Of a stretch of 64,000 nt of DNA, positions 1 through 11,128 are shown piece after piece. The stretch is from Eukaryota sp. GEM-RC1. Taxonomy: Eukaryota. How positions within the stretch are numbered: position 1 is the first letter of the stretch; every line of letters starts with the position of its first letter. The notes under the pieces were generated by a model. It saw only the letters and a program-made list of their open reading frames with translations, did not search any database and was not told the origin of the DNA. A program made the position numbers and the translations under genes. Location: positions 310,001-374,000 of the forward strand of contig JAUFOQ010000005.1 of NCBI GenBank assembly GCA_040285855.1. The letters run 5' to 3'.

Positions 1-400
1 CAAGATGTTGATGGAAAAACAAATCATAATTTTCCCATCCAGGATGATTACGATTAGGTGTTGACGTATTGTTGTAGTTGGAAAATCATTGTAGGGATAA
101 GCTTTAGAGGAAGGACAGAGCTGACACTTTCGTTTATTGTGCGGTTCCCTTGAAATGAAGTTATCAACACTGGCTCGTAAAGACGGTGAAGTTAAGGAAA
201 GAGAAGTTGGTTCTGAGCTGGAGATCTCTTCTACATCTTGATCTACAAGGGGGAGGTCGAGATGAAGGAGAGCGTCGTTGACGTCCTGTATTGGGGTCTA
301 CTACAGCTTCTAATAGTACTCCGGGAGTTTCATCTTCATCAGAAGAAATTACAAAGGGATCTGGAGGTTGAGGAATCCGTGGTTTCTCAAATTCTCACTT
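1..400 (-). pseudogene. 5' part (BED zinc finger region) of the decayed hAT transposase, left-arm copy
   Basis: Reverse complement of about 47885..48283, which encodes KRKCQLC...TTTIRQHL.RNHP. Confidence 0.6.
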
Positions 401-1777
401 TTGTGATAAAATACCTATGAATAGAACAACATTCGACGAATACAAATACTGAACCACCTCGATATTACTTCTTTTTTCCTATGAATAACATTTCCGCTGA
501 TATTTGTGTTTACAAGGCAAGAAATTGAGTCAGGACGTCGTTTTTCAATAATGAGCTTATTTTAGCACATCCTTCTGGTTGGATTGTCCATCCTAATATA
601 ATTGTTGTGGAAGTAAATCAAGCAGACGCATTGGACGAATGTTTTCCTCCTCTATTGATCGTCGTATATTTGTTGATCTTAACGAATGACAACAAATATT
701 TTTTTGGAGGTGAGACTAATTTCCAACAATGATAATTAGTCTGAGTGAGACTAGTTACCATGATTAGTGTACCACAGTTGAAATAAGAGGATTTGAACTT
801 CTTGATTTGTCCTGATAACATCTTCAAAGTTTACATTTAATCTACAGAATTGTCCAGTACATCACTAAAATTCAAAATGTGCTTGGTTGTGTTTAGTTAA
901 TGAAAGTGTAAAAACAAAACTTCTTTCAATGACCATTACTAATGATAAAATTACCACTTCAAAACAGAGACAATCAAATTTGAAAACCATCTTTGTCTAC
1001 CATCTCAGATCGTATATTACTATACATAACTCGTTTGCAAGAGGATATTACACATCAATGGTTTCACACAAAATCATTACTACTGTTACACCTTCACAAT
1101 AGTTTGATATTCAGAAAGTTGGGATTGTCTCTTACATCAACAACAATCAGAGTTAAAAATTCTTGATTTTGTTCAGATTTAAAGTTGATTGTCTTCTGAA
1201 ACACTATCCAGTAGATCTGTTAAAAATGAAAAGAAGAACTGAAATTCTTTTACTAGAATAGCCATATATGTAAACAACTCTTTCTTCCTGGAAATTTTGT
1301 GCTTATAATGTGCTAGACATCTTCAATCTGATATGAACGACCTTAACGAAGTAGATGTGTATTAAATTCCAGCATTTAGAACTGGTTCTAATTTACTTGA
1401 TTTACGTAACTCTCAATTGAAATGCAGTACTACTAGTAGTATTATCAATTAATTATTTGCAATAGTTTACTGCCTTGAACAAGCAAGGACATTAAACTCG
1501 ATTAATGAGTGTATGTTTAGACTAAACTAGCAAATGAATTAAATGAATTGGAATTACAGTATATGTACGGGTGGATGCAAAATTCACGAACAATTTTGTC
1601 TTTTGCCTTATGTCTTCTTTTATTTCGCTACAATGTCCATGTTTTTGGAACGTTTGTCAACACACTTGTGTGAGCGAAGAAGTGGCTAGTTGGTTGAGTG
1701 GCGATGTCAATCTTTCTACCTGTATTGTTTTACACACATATAGTGAGTTGTGTTGATTAAGTGTCTAAAGTACAATT

Positions 1778-1951
1778 TAGTACCTGTCAAAAGTATTAAT
1801 AGAGTACTAAGATCCACACTAATTAAGTCCAAAATTAACACTATAAAAAAGCAAGAAAATAGAATTAGTGTGGACCACACTAATTAAAATCCACACTAAT
1901 TCTTTATCCACACTAAATACACAAATTGCTGTAGTACCTGTCAAAAGTATT
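1778..1951. repeat. 134-bp CCACACTAA-motif cluster bracketed by a perfect 20-bp direct repeat (TAGTACCTGTCAAAAGTATT); probable DNA-transposon remnant
   Basis: Direct repeats at 1778-1797 and 1932-1951, five CCACACTAA copies, and the palindrome AATTAGTGTGG-A-CCACACTAATT. Mirror copy at 46334..46507. Confidence 0.8.
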
Positions 1952-1959
1952 GCTCTCGA

Positions 1960-2630
1960 TTTGCAATAATCTACTTAGATAGTTTTGCCAGCAATACTGA
2001 AAGGACAATAACACAGTATTAAAACTCAAAATTTGTTATTCTGGCAAAATTACTCATCTTTTAAAGTCCCTTGCTCCTGTGTTATCGAATGATTTCTGTA
2101 GAGCTTTTAACAAATTCGCACAGACTTTCTTTCATTCCTTCTACAAGTCAACCCCAACATTTTAAATAACCACACATTTTCCATTAAATATATTGGAGGT
2201 TTGAGATTTACATCTTCTAAATGGTGGACTAAAGCAGCTTTCATTGGTGGTGGAAAGAATTTGGTATTCGAGTTTTGTAATCAATATCCATCAAGCACTT
2301 CTGTTCTTGACAGTACTAGCTGCTTTTATCTTAATCATTTCCGTGGTGAAATAGGAAATCTTTTTCCTGAGTTATGGTCATCTTGTTTTCCTGTTGATAT
2401 CAAAGAAATTCCATGTCGAAACATTATGTCATTAAAATTTGCTTTAAAGAAGCTACAAAATCATTTAATAAAATATTTTGAAAGCATGATTTTACAGTTC
2501 GTCTTAGCGTGGTCAAGGTAAAAAATCCATATTTCGCATATTTTTAAATTGATTTAAATGAGAGTTCTGATGTGGTATTAATTAATCAAATTGCACAAGT
2601 GTATGGTTTGTTATTAAATGAAGTGCATTG
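1960..2630 (+). mobile_element. Decayed internal fragment of a divergent subfamily of the CRE-type retrotransposon (thumb/linker region)
   Basis: Translated pieces KICYSGKITHLL, AAFIGGGKNLVFEF, PELWSSCFP and KKLQNHLIKYFES align with CFAGKVNHFL, GAFLGCLKNLLYEF, PDVWESLFP and RKFQKKFVSFHES of the intact element. Mirror at about 45656..46325 (-). Confidence 0.75.
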
Positions 2631-2834
2631 AGTTTTTTAAACGATTTCCGAAAAATCGTAAAAAACAGGATGAACAAACCTTTTGATCATATGTTATTGA
2701 TGAATAGCATCGTTTTTACTATTTTGAAAGCAATTCCCCTAATCATCTCCAAAGCTTCAATAGCTGTGAGTTCCTTTTATGAGGACAAAGCTTTTGAAAG
2801 ATTTGATAGCGACGGATGTTGTTTTAATGATATC

Positions 2835-4307
2835 AAATTTTCAGATGCTTAACCAATTTGTTGATCTAGGTGCAGGCAAACCAGTTTATTTTGCTATGCT
2901 GCCAGTTTGTTTTGGTGGTAAAATTAATCACTTTTTACGTGGTTTACCACCCGAACTAACTCTTGAATTATCTCGTAATGTTAATTCTTGCGAACAAATT
3001 TGGTTAGTTATCTGGTTGGTAACAAAGACTTTTCACTTCCTTCTCATTGTTTCACTTCTATTTCTTTTGGTTGAAATATTTTCACGAAAGCTAAGTACAC
3101 GCATGATGGTGCCTTTTTGGGGTCATTAAAGAATTTTTTGTTTGAATTTCAGAATCGTTATCCTGTGTTATGGAAAATGGAAGATTTTTTACTTCACTCA
3201 CCTTGTGCATGGTTAATCAGTCTTCAAGATAATAATTGATAATCTTGACTCCAATTTGTGGTCAGATTTATTTCCTGTTGGGGTGACAGAAATTCAGCAG
3301 AAAAGCGTCTTCTCTTTGACTTTGTGTGTTCGCAAGTTACAGAAGAAGTTTGTTTTGTTTCACGAAAGCATGTACTTTAAAAACCGTATTAGCGTGGCTA
3401 AGACTAAGAGTCCCCCTTTGTTCGTTTTTGAATGGTATTTCTTCAAGCGCTGCGTCTTCATTTGTTTCTCGTTTGCCAAGAAAATTTTGTTTGAATCTTA
3501 AGGATCAGGAATGGATTATAAGCATGAGACTTAGGTAATGTTTATGGCCTTCAGGTCTGTTGAAGCATTCTCCATGTCTTTGTGGTCGTTCAAAGGCTTC
3601 AAATTTTCATCATTTAGTTAACTGTCATCAAGTTATTCATTTCAGATCAATTATTCACAACAGTATCCGTGATACATGTTTGAATATGTTTAAAGCTAAT
3701 GGTCAATGCTCATGGATAAATTGATCCTTTACTTGCTAATCTTTCAGATCAGCCAAAAGTTGATAGAAGTCGTGGTGATTTGATTGGTCCTTGGTTATCT
3801 TGTCAGGAAATTATCATGGATTTCACAACTGTTGATTCTTGTAATTCAAGATCAATTTCCAAAATTTTTGATGATGATATTTCTGTTCTTGAAGTGGCTG
3901 AAAAGGGAAAAAATACAAAGTACTGCCACTTAATTAACAAATTGAATGTTGACAGGTACAATTCTTTTGTGTTTCATCCTTTTGCCATGTCAATAAACGG
4001 TAATGTTGGACCAGCTGCACAAGGTTTTTTTAACTTCCTTTGGTAAATTGTGTTCTGAGTACGGTAAAGGTTTCAGTGAAAGTTTTTGGTTGAGTAGGTT
4101 AACGTTTGCGTTGTTTCGATCAATGCACAGAAACGTTGATTCAGTAAATTGTTCGGTGATGGACAGAAGGATCATAGTTTAGATACTTTATTTAGTGTTT
4201 GTTAGTAAATTTCTGCAATTGCATTTATTTCACTGATTGATCATAAACACCGTTAGTCAATTTTAGTTGTTTAGTCTATTATATTTAGAATAAAATACAC
4301 AAAAAAA
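2835..4307 (+). mobile_element. 5'-truncated, decayed CRE-type non-LTR retrotransposon copy (linker + CCHC + REL endonuclease)
   Basis: CFGGKINHFLRGLPPELT, WIISMRLR, HNSIRD, RGDLIGPWLSCQEIIMDFTTVD, AEKGKNTKY and FHPFAMS motifs with stops and frameshifts. Ends in AATAAA plus a short A run (about 4289-4307). Confidence 0.88.
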
Positions 4308-4560
4308 GTCTCATTAAAACGTGGTCAAACAAAACATTGTTAACAAGACTTCTGTCAAATGCTGATTGATCATCATTTGCAACAGAATTTGATGGAAAAG
4401 GACTAAAGAGGAGTCATTACTACATTGTAGAAGTAATCTCAGCTCAACATCATTTCTTCGATTGTTACTAGAGCCATCTCTAGAGGTGGTGGCTGGTGAA
4501 TCTCCCACGTCAATACCATTTCGATCTCACAGACACTCATTCACTTCTGAACCCTCTCCA

Positions 4561-6052
4561 ATGTATATCAGTCCCTATTCGTCTTCTTGGCCGTTGTTAC
4601 AAGGACAATCGCCACCTGTGGTTGGTGGTTCGTCCACATCAACATGGTCTCAAACTCAAACATACTCTTCGTCTTCTTCTTCTGTAATAACTCATCTGCT
4701 GCCTACATTCCATAATCCTTCTCTCCATCGAGTTATCCCTTTCGCTCGAGCCGTTCGTGATTTGAAACACACATACGGAAGAGTGTATAGTTTTCTATTT
4801 CTTCATCTTCTGATCCTCTCCACCAGCCTACTGCCCCTGCTAATTGTATCATTCATGGCACTACCACTTTATCTATCCACTGGGATTGAATCCTCCTTGT
4901 TTATCAGTAGTAGTGTTATTTCCTTATCTCTTTGCTTCATTCTCCCTTGCTGTTTAATTGTAACTTGTATGAAGCCTTCAGAAAGTGACCATACATACCG
5001 TGATCATGGTAACATGAAGTCTTTAGAAACATTTAACTCTCTTTTCAGTTACAATTGGACTCATACAGCTAAACTTGATGTAACATACGCTCAAACAATG
5101 GTTTACCAGGAACTTCAACAGGTGCTAGACCATGATACATCGTCAAATCCATCTGACATGAAAAATCTAAAAGTTGACTGGATAATTCTTTTTTTTTGTG
5201 AATGGATTCCTAGCTTTTCTTCTGGGCTTTCTTGTTTTTCTATTTCACCTTTCAGGTGGCTCAGGTGAGGGTGTAAGTGCTCTTATGGTTGTTTTATGTA
5301 ATTTCTTTGCAAAAGTATTTTTATATCATTTTACTTCTCGTTTACCTGCATCTCAGAAAGATTCCGTCAGATTGTGGTACCTCATTACTTTAAAATTAGT
5401 ATTCTTTTCAGTACCTTTGCCTAATTTAATCGTCACATCTAGTTGTTTTCCCACTGATTTCGGCTTTTATGTTCTGTCTATTGTTGTTATGGAAGCGATT
5501 TTTGGGATTGGTTTTGATGTGTATCGAGATTTGTTGTTTCCATTGCAAGCACTTTTGTTTGACTTACCTTACAGTCAAGCTAGTGTCTTGTATTACCATG
5601 TTTTGAGTTTCACAGCTCAATTCTATTCGCCTATTTCTGCTATAGTTTCATTTCCTTTCGTATTTATTTATGGTGTGATCGTATCCAGTAAGTTGCGAAA
5701 CGCATCACGTTTATCAGCCACTTACAGAGACCAGTTAAAATGTTGCTATCGTATATCGGGTATTATTGTCGCTTCTTATTTATTTTTATTTTTCTTTATT
5801 TCTTTGATTGTCCAGCATTCTTGTCTGTATGATCCTTTTGTAGATCAAAGATTAATGAATGTTAGTATGTATACCACACCAGTATTTTTGGTTGTATCTT
5901 GTCTTTTTTGGGGATTTCTTTTATACTACAGTAATAGGAAAGCGTATGACAATCAACTGACCAAAACACTAGAATTCCGTCAAAACTCAACCACTGTTTT
6001 GTATGAATGTTCCAGGAGAAGCTTAAAAGAATCACGATTTCATGGAATATAG
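4561..6052 (+). CDS. Multi-pass membrane protein of unknown function, paralog A (frameshift in T-run at about 5190, absent in the mirror copy)
   Basis: ORFs 4462..5268 and 5198..6052 are joined in the mirror ORF 42331..43827. Ser/Pro-rich N-terminus and many hydrophobic segments. First in-frame ATG is at 4561. Confidence 0.8.
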
Positions 6053-6453
6053 TTCAAGAAGTGAACTAGACTTAGTGCGTTTTTACCTCAGTCATTTAAC
6101 TTGTCTCATCGTTTTTCTCCATGGTTAAGTATTTTTATGACAATAATCTGTTGTATACCTGGTTATTTTATTCTTTCCTGAGCTCTCTCTATTTGAGTAA
6201 TGCGTGTGATACATTGATTGCGGGTATGTCGTTTGTATCCTTATGGGAATCTAAATAAAACTATAGTATGTTTGGCATCAATATCATATATATTCTTTCT
6301 GTATGGACTCTGTGTCTTACTATAAGAGCACCATAAAAGGTTTCAATTAACAACTTTTCTAAAGTATTACTAATTGTACTGTAGTAATAGCACAATGAGT
6401 GTTGGAACAACAACACGTGTTAACACAACATGACCACAGATATCACTATTGTT

Positions 6454-7017
6454 CCGGCTTGTAAAAAACGTTGCTCAAAAATAAAAAACGACGTTTTTAT
6501 CGTTTTTTACGTTTTTTTTGAGTTTAATAAAAAACGTTCAAAAAAGGCAGATCAACTGTTTCAACTTTTCACTGTTTTCTCACTTCATCTTCATCAACCG
6601 AATCTTTCATAGATCGATCATTGCAGCTATGTTCTTTTGAGATGGGAAGAATAACACCATGGAGACGAAGTACAATGCTCATCTAACGATGATCACGTGG
6701 TCAGGACGGGTAGATAACAAGGTGTATGCAACAAAAACACTGTTCGAGTGTACCTGAAGGTCATTTCACTCAGACACAGAACCAAAGAGCATATACTGTA
6801 CCAGCAATGGTGTCACCAACAATTACTCTTGCCTTGTTTCAGTCTTGCTTGGTCAGAAACAACGTACATGTAATAACATCTGCCATATTAAGACAAAAGT
6901 GGAGTAGAAAGTCGTGCTTTTTGTGTCAATCCGGAATATAAAAAACGTTGACAAGAATAAAAAACGTCGTTTTTTTCAAAATACGTTTTAAACGTTTTTT
7001 ATCAAGTGACAAGCCTA
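6454..7017. mobile_element. Non-autonomous hAT-type element (about 560 bp) with 8-bp target-site duplication CTATTGTT
   Basis: CTATTGTT at 6446-6453 and 7018-7025. Imperfect TIRs ccGGCTTGT / ACAAGCCta. Dense subterminal AAAACG/CGTTTT repeats at both ends. Confidence 0.8.
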
Positions 7018-7334
7018 CTATTGTTATAATCTTAACAACTTTGACTTCTTACAACTCTCTCTTCACATTTCTCACCTCCGGTTGTCATCGTATAGAACAT
7101 ATACAATGCATCCGTAGTGTTTCATATGCTAGATCTCTTCCCTTACAATCCTACCCTTTTGTTGTCAAACAGCATTGCTTTTCCTTCCTCTGTTACCTCA
7201 GTCTTTTTATTTCAAGAGAATTCTTTTTATCTGCAACTTCTGTGTCTTAACGGAACCACATCAAAGCTAACATGAAGTTTCACCAACACAATATGTCTCC
7301 AGTTGTATGTCTATAAAGTTGTTTACTTGTATAT

Positions 7335-7463
7335 TAGGGTTGTTAAAGGTCACAGGTCAGGACAATTCATATGATGACCTTGACATGACCTTTGACCTGA
7401 ATCAGTTGACCTTGATCTGACCTTTGACCTGAATGTTACGACCTTGACCTGACCTTTGACCTG
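7335..7463. repeat. TGACCT/AGGTCA motif cluster starting with TAGGGTTG; probable solo hAT-type end
   Basis: About ten TGACC(T) copies in 130 bp. No matching opposite end found nearby. Mirror at about 40834..40962. Confidence 0.6.
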
Positions 7464-7586
7464 CCATCTACAATTTAATTTGTCCTTTAACTGTGTTCAT
7501 TTGTATAATTATCCTAACCTGATGCATGTTCTTTTGGTTGTACTGATGATCTTGTTAGGTATAATAACAACATGAATATTATTAAG

Positions 7587-7690
7587 TAGTGTTACGAGAG
7601 ACGTTTCTACGTTTCCGAAACGTTTCCAATAAGCATATCATTCTGGAAACGGCATGAAAACGTAAAATATATTTCGGAAACGTAAAATGC
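7587..7690. repeat. GAAACG/CGTTTC motif cluster starting with TAGTGTT; probable solo hAT-type end
   Basis: Repeated acgtttc/gaaacg in both orientations. Mirror at about 40607..40710. Confidence 0.5.
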
Positions 7691-8243
7691 GGGTCTGGTT
7701 TTAAATAGTTGTTGTACAGCTGGAACTCACCAAATACTACAGATTGATACAGTTTGAGTGACATAATTCTCGAATACTCAATTTCTAGTCACCAAGAAGG
7801 ATATTAGCAATTTCATCTTGTTGTTGAACTAAATCATTCGAAAATTCTTCGTCTTCTTCAACTTCTATGGCTGCTGATAAATCATAGAAATTTCTTTTAA
7901 ATTCGTCTATCGACTTTGACCATCTTTGTTTCATCATTGGTGATGTACGCTGGTTTTACTGTTTCAATAGCATTATTAATTTCTAAAAAAATAACATGAC
8001 GTTCTTTAAAATTTGCAAAGTGGTATTACATTGCACCATCAGGTGTAACAATGTTAAAGATCATAAGTGGACGACCAAAAGGATCAGTCCATCCATCTAC
8101 TACAAGGAATCCAGTTTAAAGAGACGTTTGCCACAAGGTAATCAAACGACTTTAGAGGATCTGTTTTTCGGCTACTGTGAGATAAATGTGATGAACAGCT
8201 GAGTGACCTGACGTTTTTTCTTTCTCAATTATTGTCACGTATA

Positions 8244-9776
8244 ATGTCATCTTCCCCACTTTTAGTGGTGATTAGAGATACATCTAACTCCCCCAATCTC
8301 TCGGCTAGTTCTCCCACTTCTGTAGAAACTGATGACTCCTCTCAACACACCTTCTTCCATGCTCACGCGCTCCATTTCACTACACACGGGGAAGCATTTG
8401 TACATCCGTTTTTTCAGCTCTCTTTTCTTGTCAAAGTGTTATTGATGTTTACGTTTGTATCTATTGCGACACTCATAGCAATCTTTTCTTTCTCTTCTCT
8501 TAGCAGCTTGAAAGACATTATCCACTTCCTTAGTGGTTCAGATCTCGAATTTAAGCATTTCCACGTTCTTAGTATGAGTTTGTGCATACTTCTTTTCCCA
8601 CTTGTTCATCTGTCTTTACTTTCCCGCGTCTACTTCTCTGTTGAACGTGAGAATAGTATAACTCAAGGTAACGATCTAGACTGTCTTAAGTCACTCAGCG
8701 CTATTTTTAGTTACAACTGGAAATATACTGCAACCTTAGACGTGGGTTACTTCCGCAACAAGTTATCTAATCAATTGAAAGAATCAATAGAAGAAGATCA
8801 ATTTTCTTCCAATCAAGGTAATAGTGATAACTTTCCAAAGGTCAGTTGGGGAGCTATAATTGTATCAACTTTGATCATGCTTTTTGTGATGTTGATGGGT
8901 GTTGTTGGTATATCTGTTGTTTATTATGATTCTTATTATTCTGATAATGTCTATTCCTTAAATATCTCTCTCGGATTCTTTGCACTGCCACTCTTAGCGT
9001 GTTTATTTAATTTTTTAGGAAGATCTGTACTTTACTATTTAACTTCCCCGTTATCCATTCCTGAGAGAGATTCTATCAGATTGTGGTATCTCGTTTTCTT
9101 AAGATTGTGTTTCCTTACCGTTTCCCTTTTGGTGTCTCTCCGTATATATTCGATTGCTTCCGTAGTGCTTTCAGTTTCTTTTTTTTTTATTTTATTTTTC
9201 TTAACGTTCTTTTTTTGATGTTGTATTTCCTTTCTTTTGGTACAAGTTTAGATCTTCAAGTAAATCATTTGAAAAGCCTTTGTTTGACTTACCTCTGAGT
9301 CAAGCTAAAGTCTGTTACTATTATGTTTTGAGTTTCATAGCTCAAATACATGTTCCAACTTTGGTTTAATTTCACTTCCTTTAGTGTATCTTTTTGGTAA
9401 GTATTTGTCTTACAGTTTAAGAAAGTGTTCACGTTTACCTTCAGCTTCTTATAATATGGATCAAATGAAAAGATGTTTATTAATATCCAATTTGCTTATT
9501 TTTTCATATTTGTTCTTATTTCTGTATTTTTCTTTGGTGGGAACGATTATATGTGGTTTTTTCCAAAGATCTTAGATTTATGGACCTCAGTATGTTTACA
9601 ACTCCAGTATTTATGGTTATGAGTTGTCTTTTTGGGGATTTTTGTTTTACTACAGCAATAGGAAAGCTTATGACAATCAAGTGGCCCAAGTCTTGGAATT
9701 TCGTTACAATTCCAACAATGTTCTGTATGAATGTTCTAAGAGAAGTTACATGGATTCAAGGTTGTGTGGGATTTAG
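8244..9776 (+). CDS. Multi-pass membrane protein of unknown function, paralog B (several homopolymer frameshifts)
   Basis: Shares SYNW..TA.LDV.Y, DS.RLWYL, LFDLP.SQA, TTPVF.V.SCLFWGFL.YYSNRKAYDNQ and LEFR.NS..VLYECS motifs with paralog A. Confidence 0.78.
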
Positions 9777-11128
9777 TTCAAGAAAGCGCTTGTACCCCCT
9801 TTTCTACTGTTTTTGATATATGTGTTATTCACAGGCTCGATTATAAGATTTTAAGAAATCTCACTAGTACATACCCAGTCTTCTGTATAATAAGCCTTGC
9901 TCAAGAGTTGTAATTGATATATTCCATATTTCTCTGCTCTCTCCAATCCATGAGATAGATGCAGAATTTTGCGTGTTAAACATGGTGAAGGTTAAACACC
10001 TTCTTCACCAGGGTATCTGCAGAAACTAGATAAATGCAGACTTCTAATGAATTCAGAAAACTCAAGAATAATCCAGACGAAAGGAATGGTGACTCACTTA
10101 AATGAAACACTTCCATTTGAGTCGAGTATTGTATCTGATTTTAATCAAACAAGAGCACTCATTTTTTACTATAATAATATAATATAATTAATACAGAATG
10201 TTGTTCAATAGATGAATTCTGTGTGCTAATTGTGCAACAATAGTAATGGAACAATTGTATTTGAAAACGAGAAGTACAATTATCTGTATTTTTTTGTTCT
10301 TTTCAGAAATCATTTCTATTTCATTTCTATATAAACTAATTACAATTGATCGTGGCATCGTGTTTAACCCTGATTAGATTCTGAGAACTACGAGATGACA
10401 GGACCCTATTGTATCAATAACCCAGAGATCTGCTCAGAAACTCTCATCTTTTAAAACTATATATACATGAAGGTTGTATTTTAAGTTCCCCACTAAAGTT
10501 GATGTTTTAAAAAAACGATTATTGAACGATTATAGAAAAATTGAATGAGCTTTGAAAGAGTAACACTTTAGATAACGAACGATCATTTTTAACTATCACC
10601 TCAACAAATGGATGACAAAATTTGATCAATAGATTACGACTCTTGGGAGGGGGATAGAGAGAGAACAGAGTATTTGTCTTTTGGAGTGTTTGATTGGGTC
10701 AACTTATGTTTTGCTGGAACTGTTGACGTGTTGAATAACTGCAGTAGCAATGGATAGCTTAAATGATTATTATATTATATAAGTAATGCGAATATGGATT
10801 CAGCAGTTGAAAGCTTAAAGGGGTTATGGAAAGGATGTGTCGGAAGGCTCATGAAGGGTTGTTCCCAAGAAGGTGGATTTTACTTGCTTAGCACGGTGGA
10901 TATGTGCGAAATATCTCCAATAGTCTTTGAAGGAACTGACTCTGTTGTTGGTGGTTTGTGCTGTAAAGATCAAAACTACGACATTAGTTTCATTTTTAGA
11001 CTTTGGAAAACAATCACAGATACAACATGGTGGTTAAAATTATTACAAATTACAAACAAAACAAAAAAAAACGGATTTATGTGCGGAGAAAAACACATAA
11101 TAAGTTAAGTACAAATAGATAAACACTA

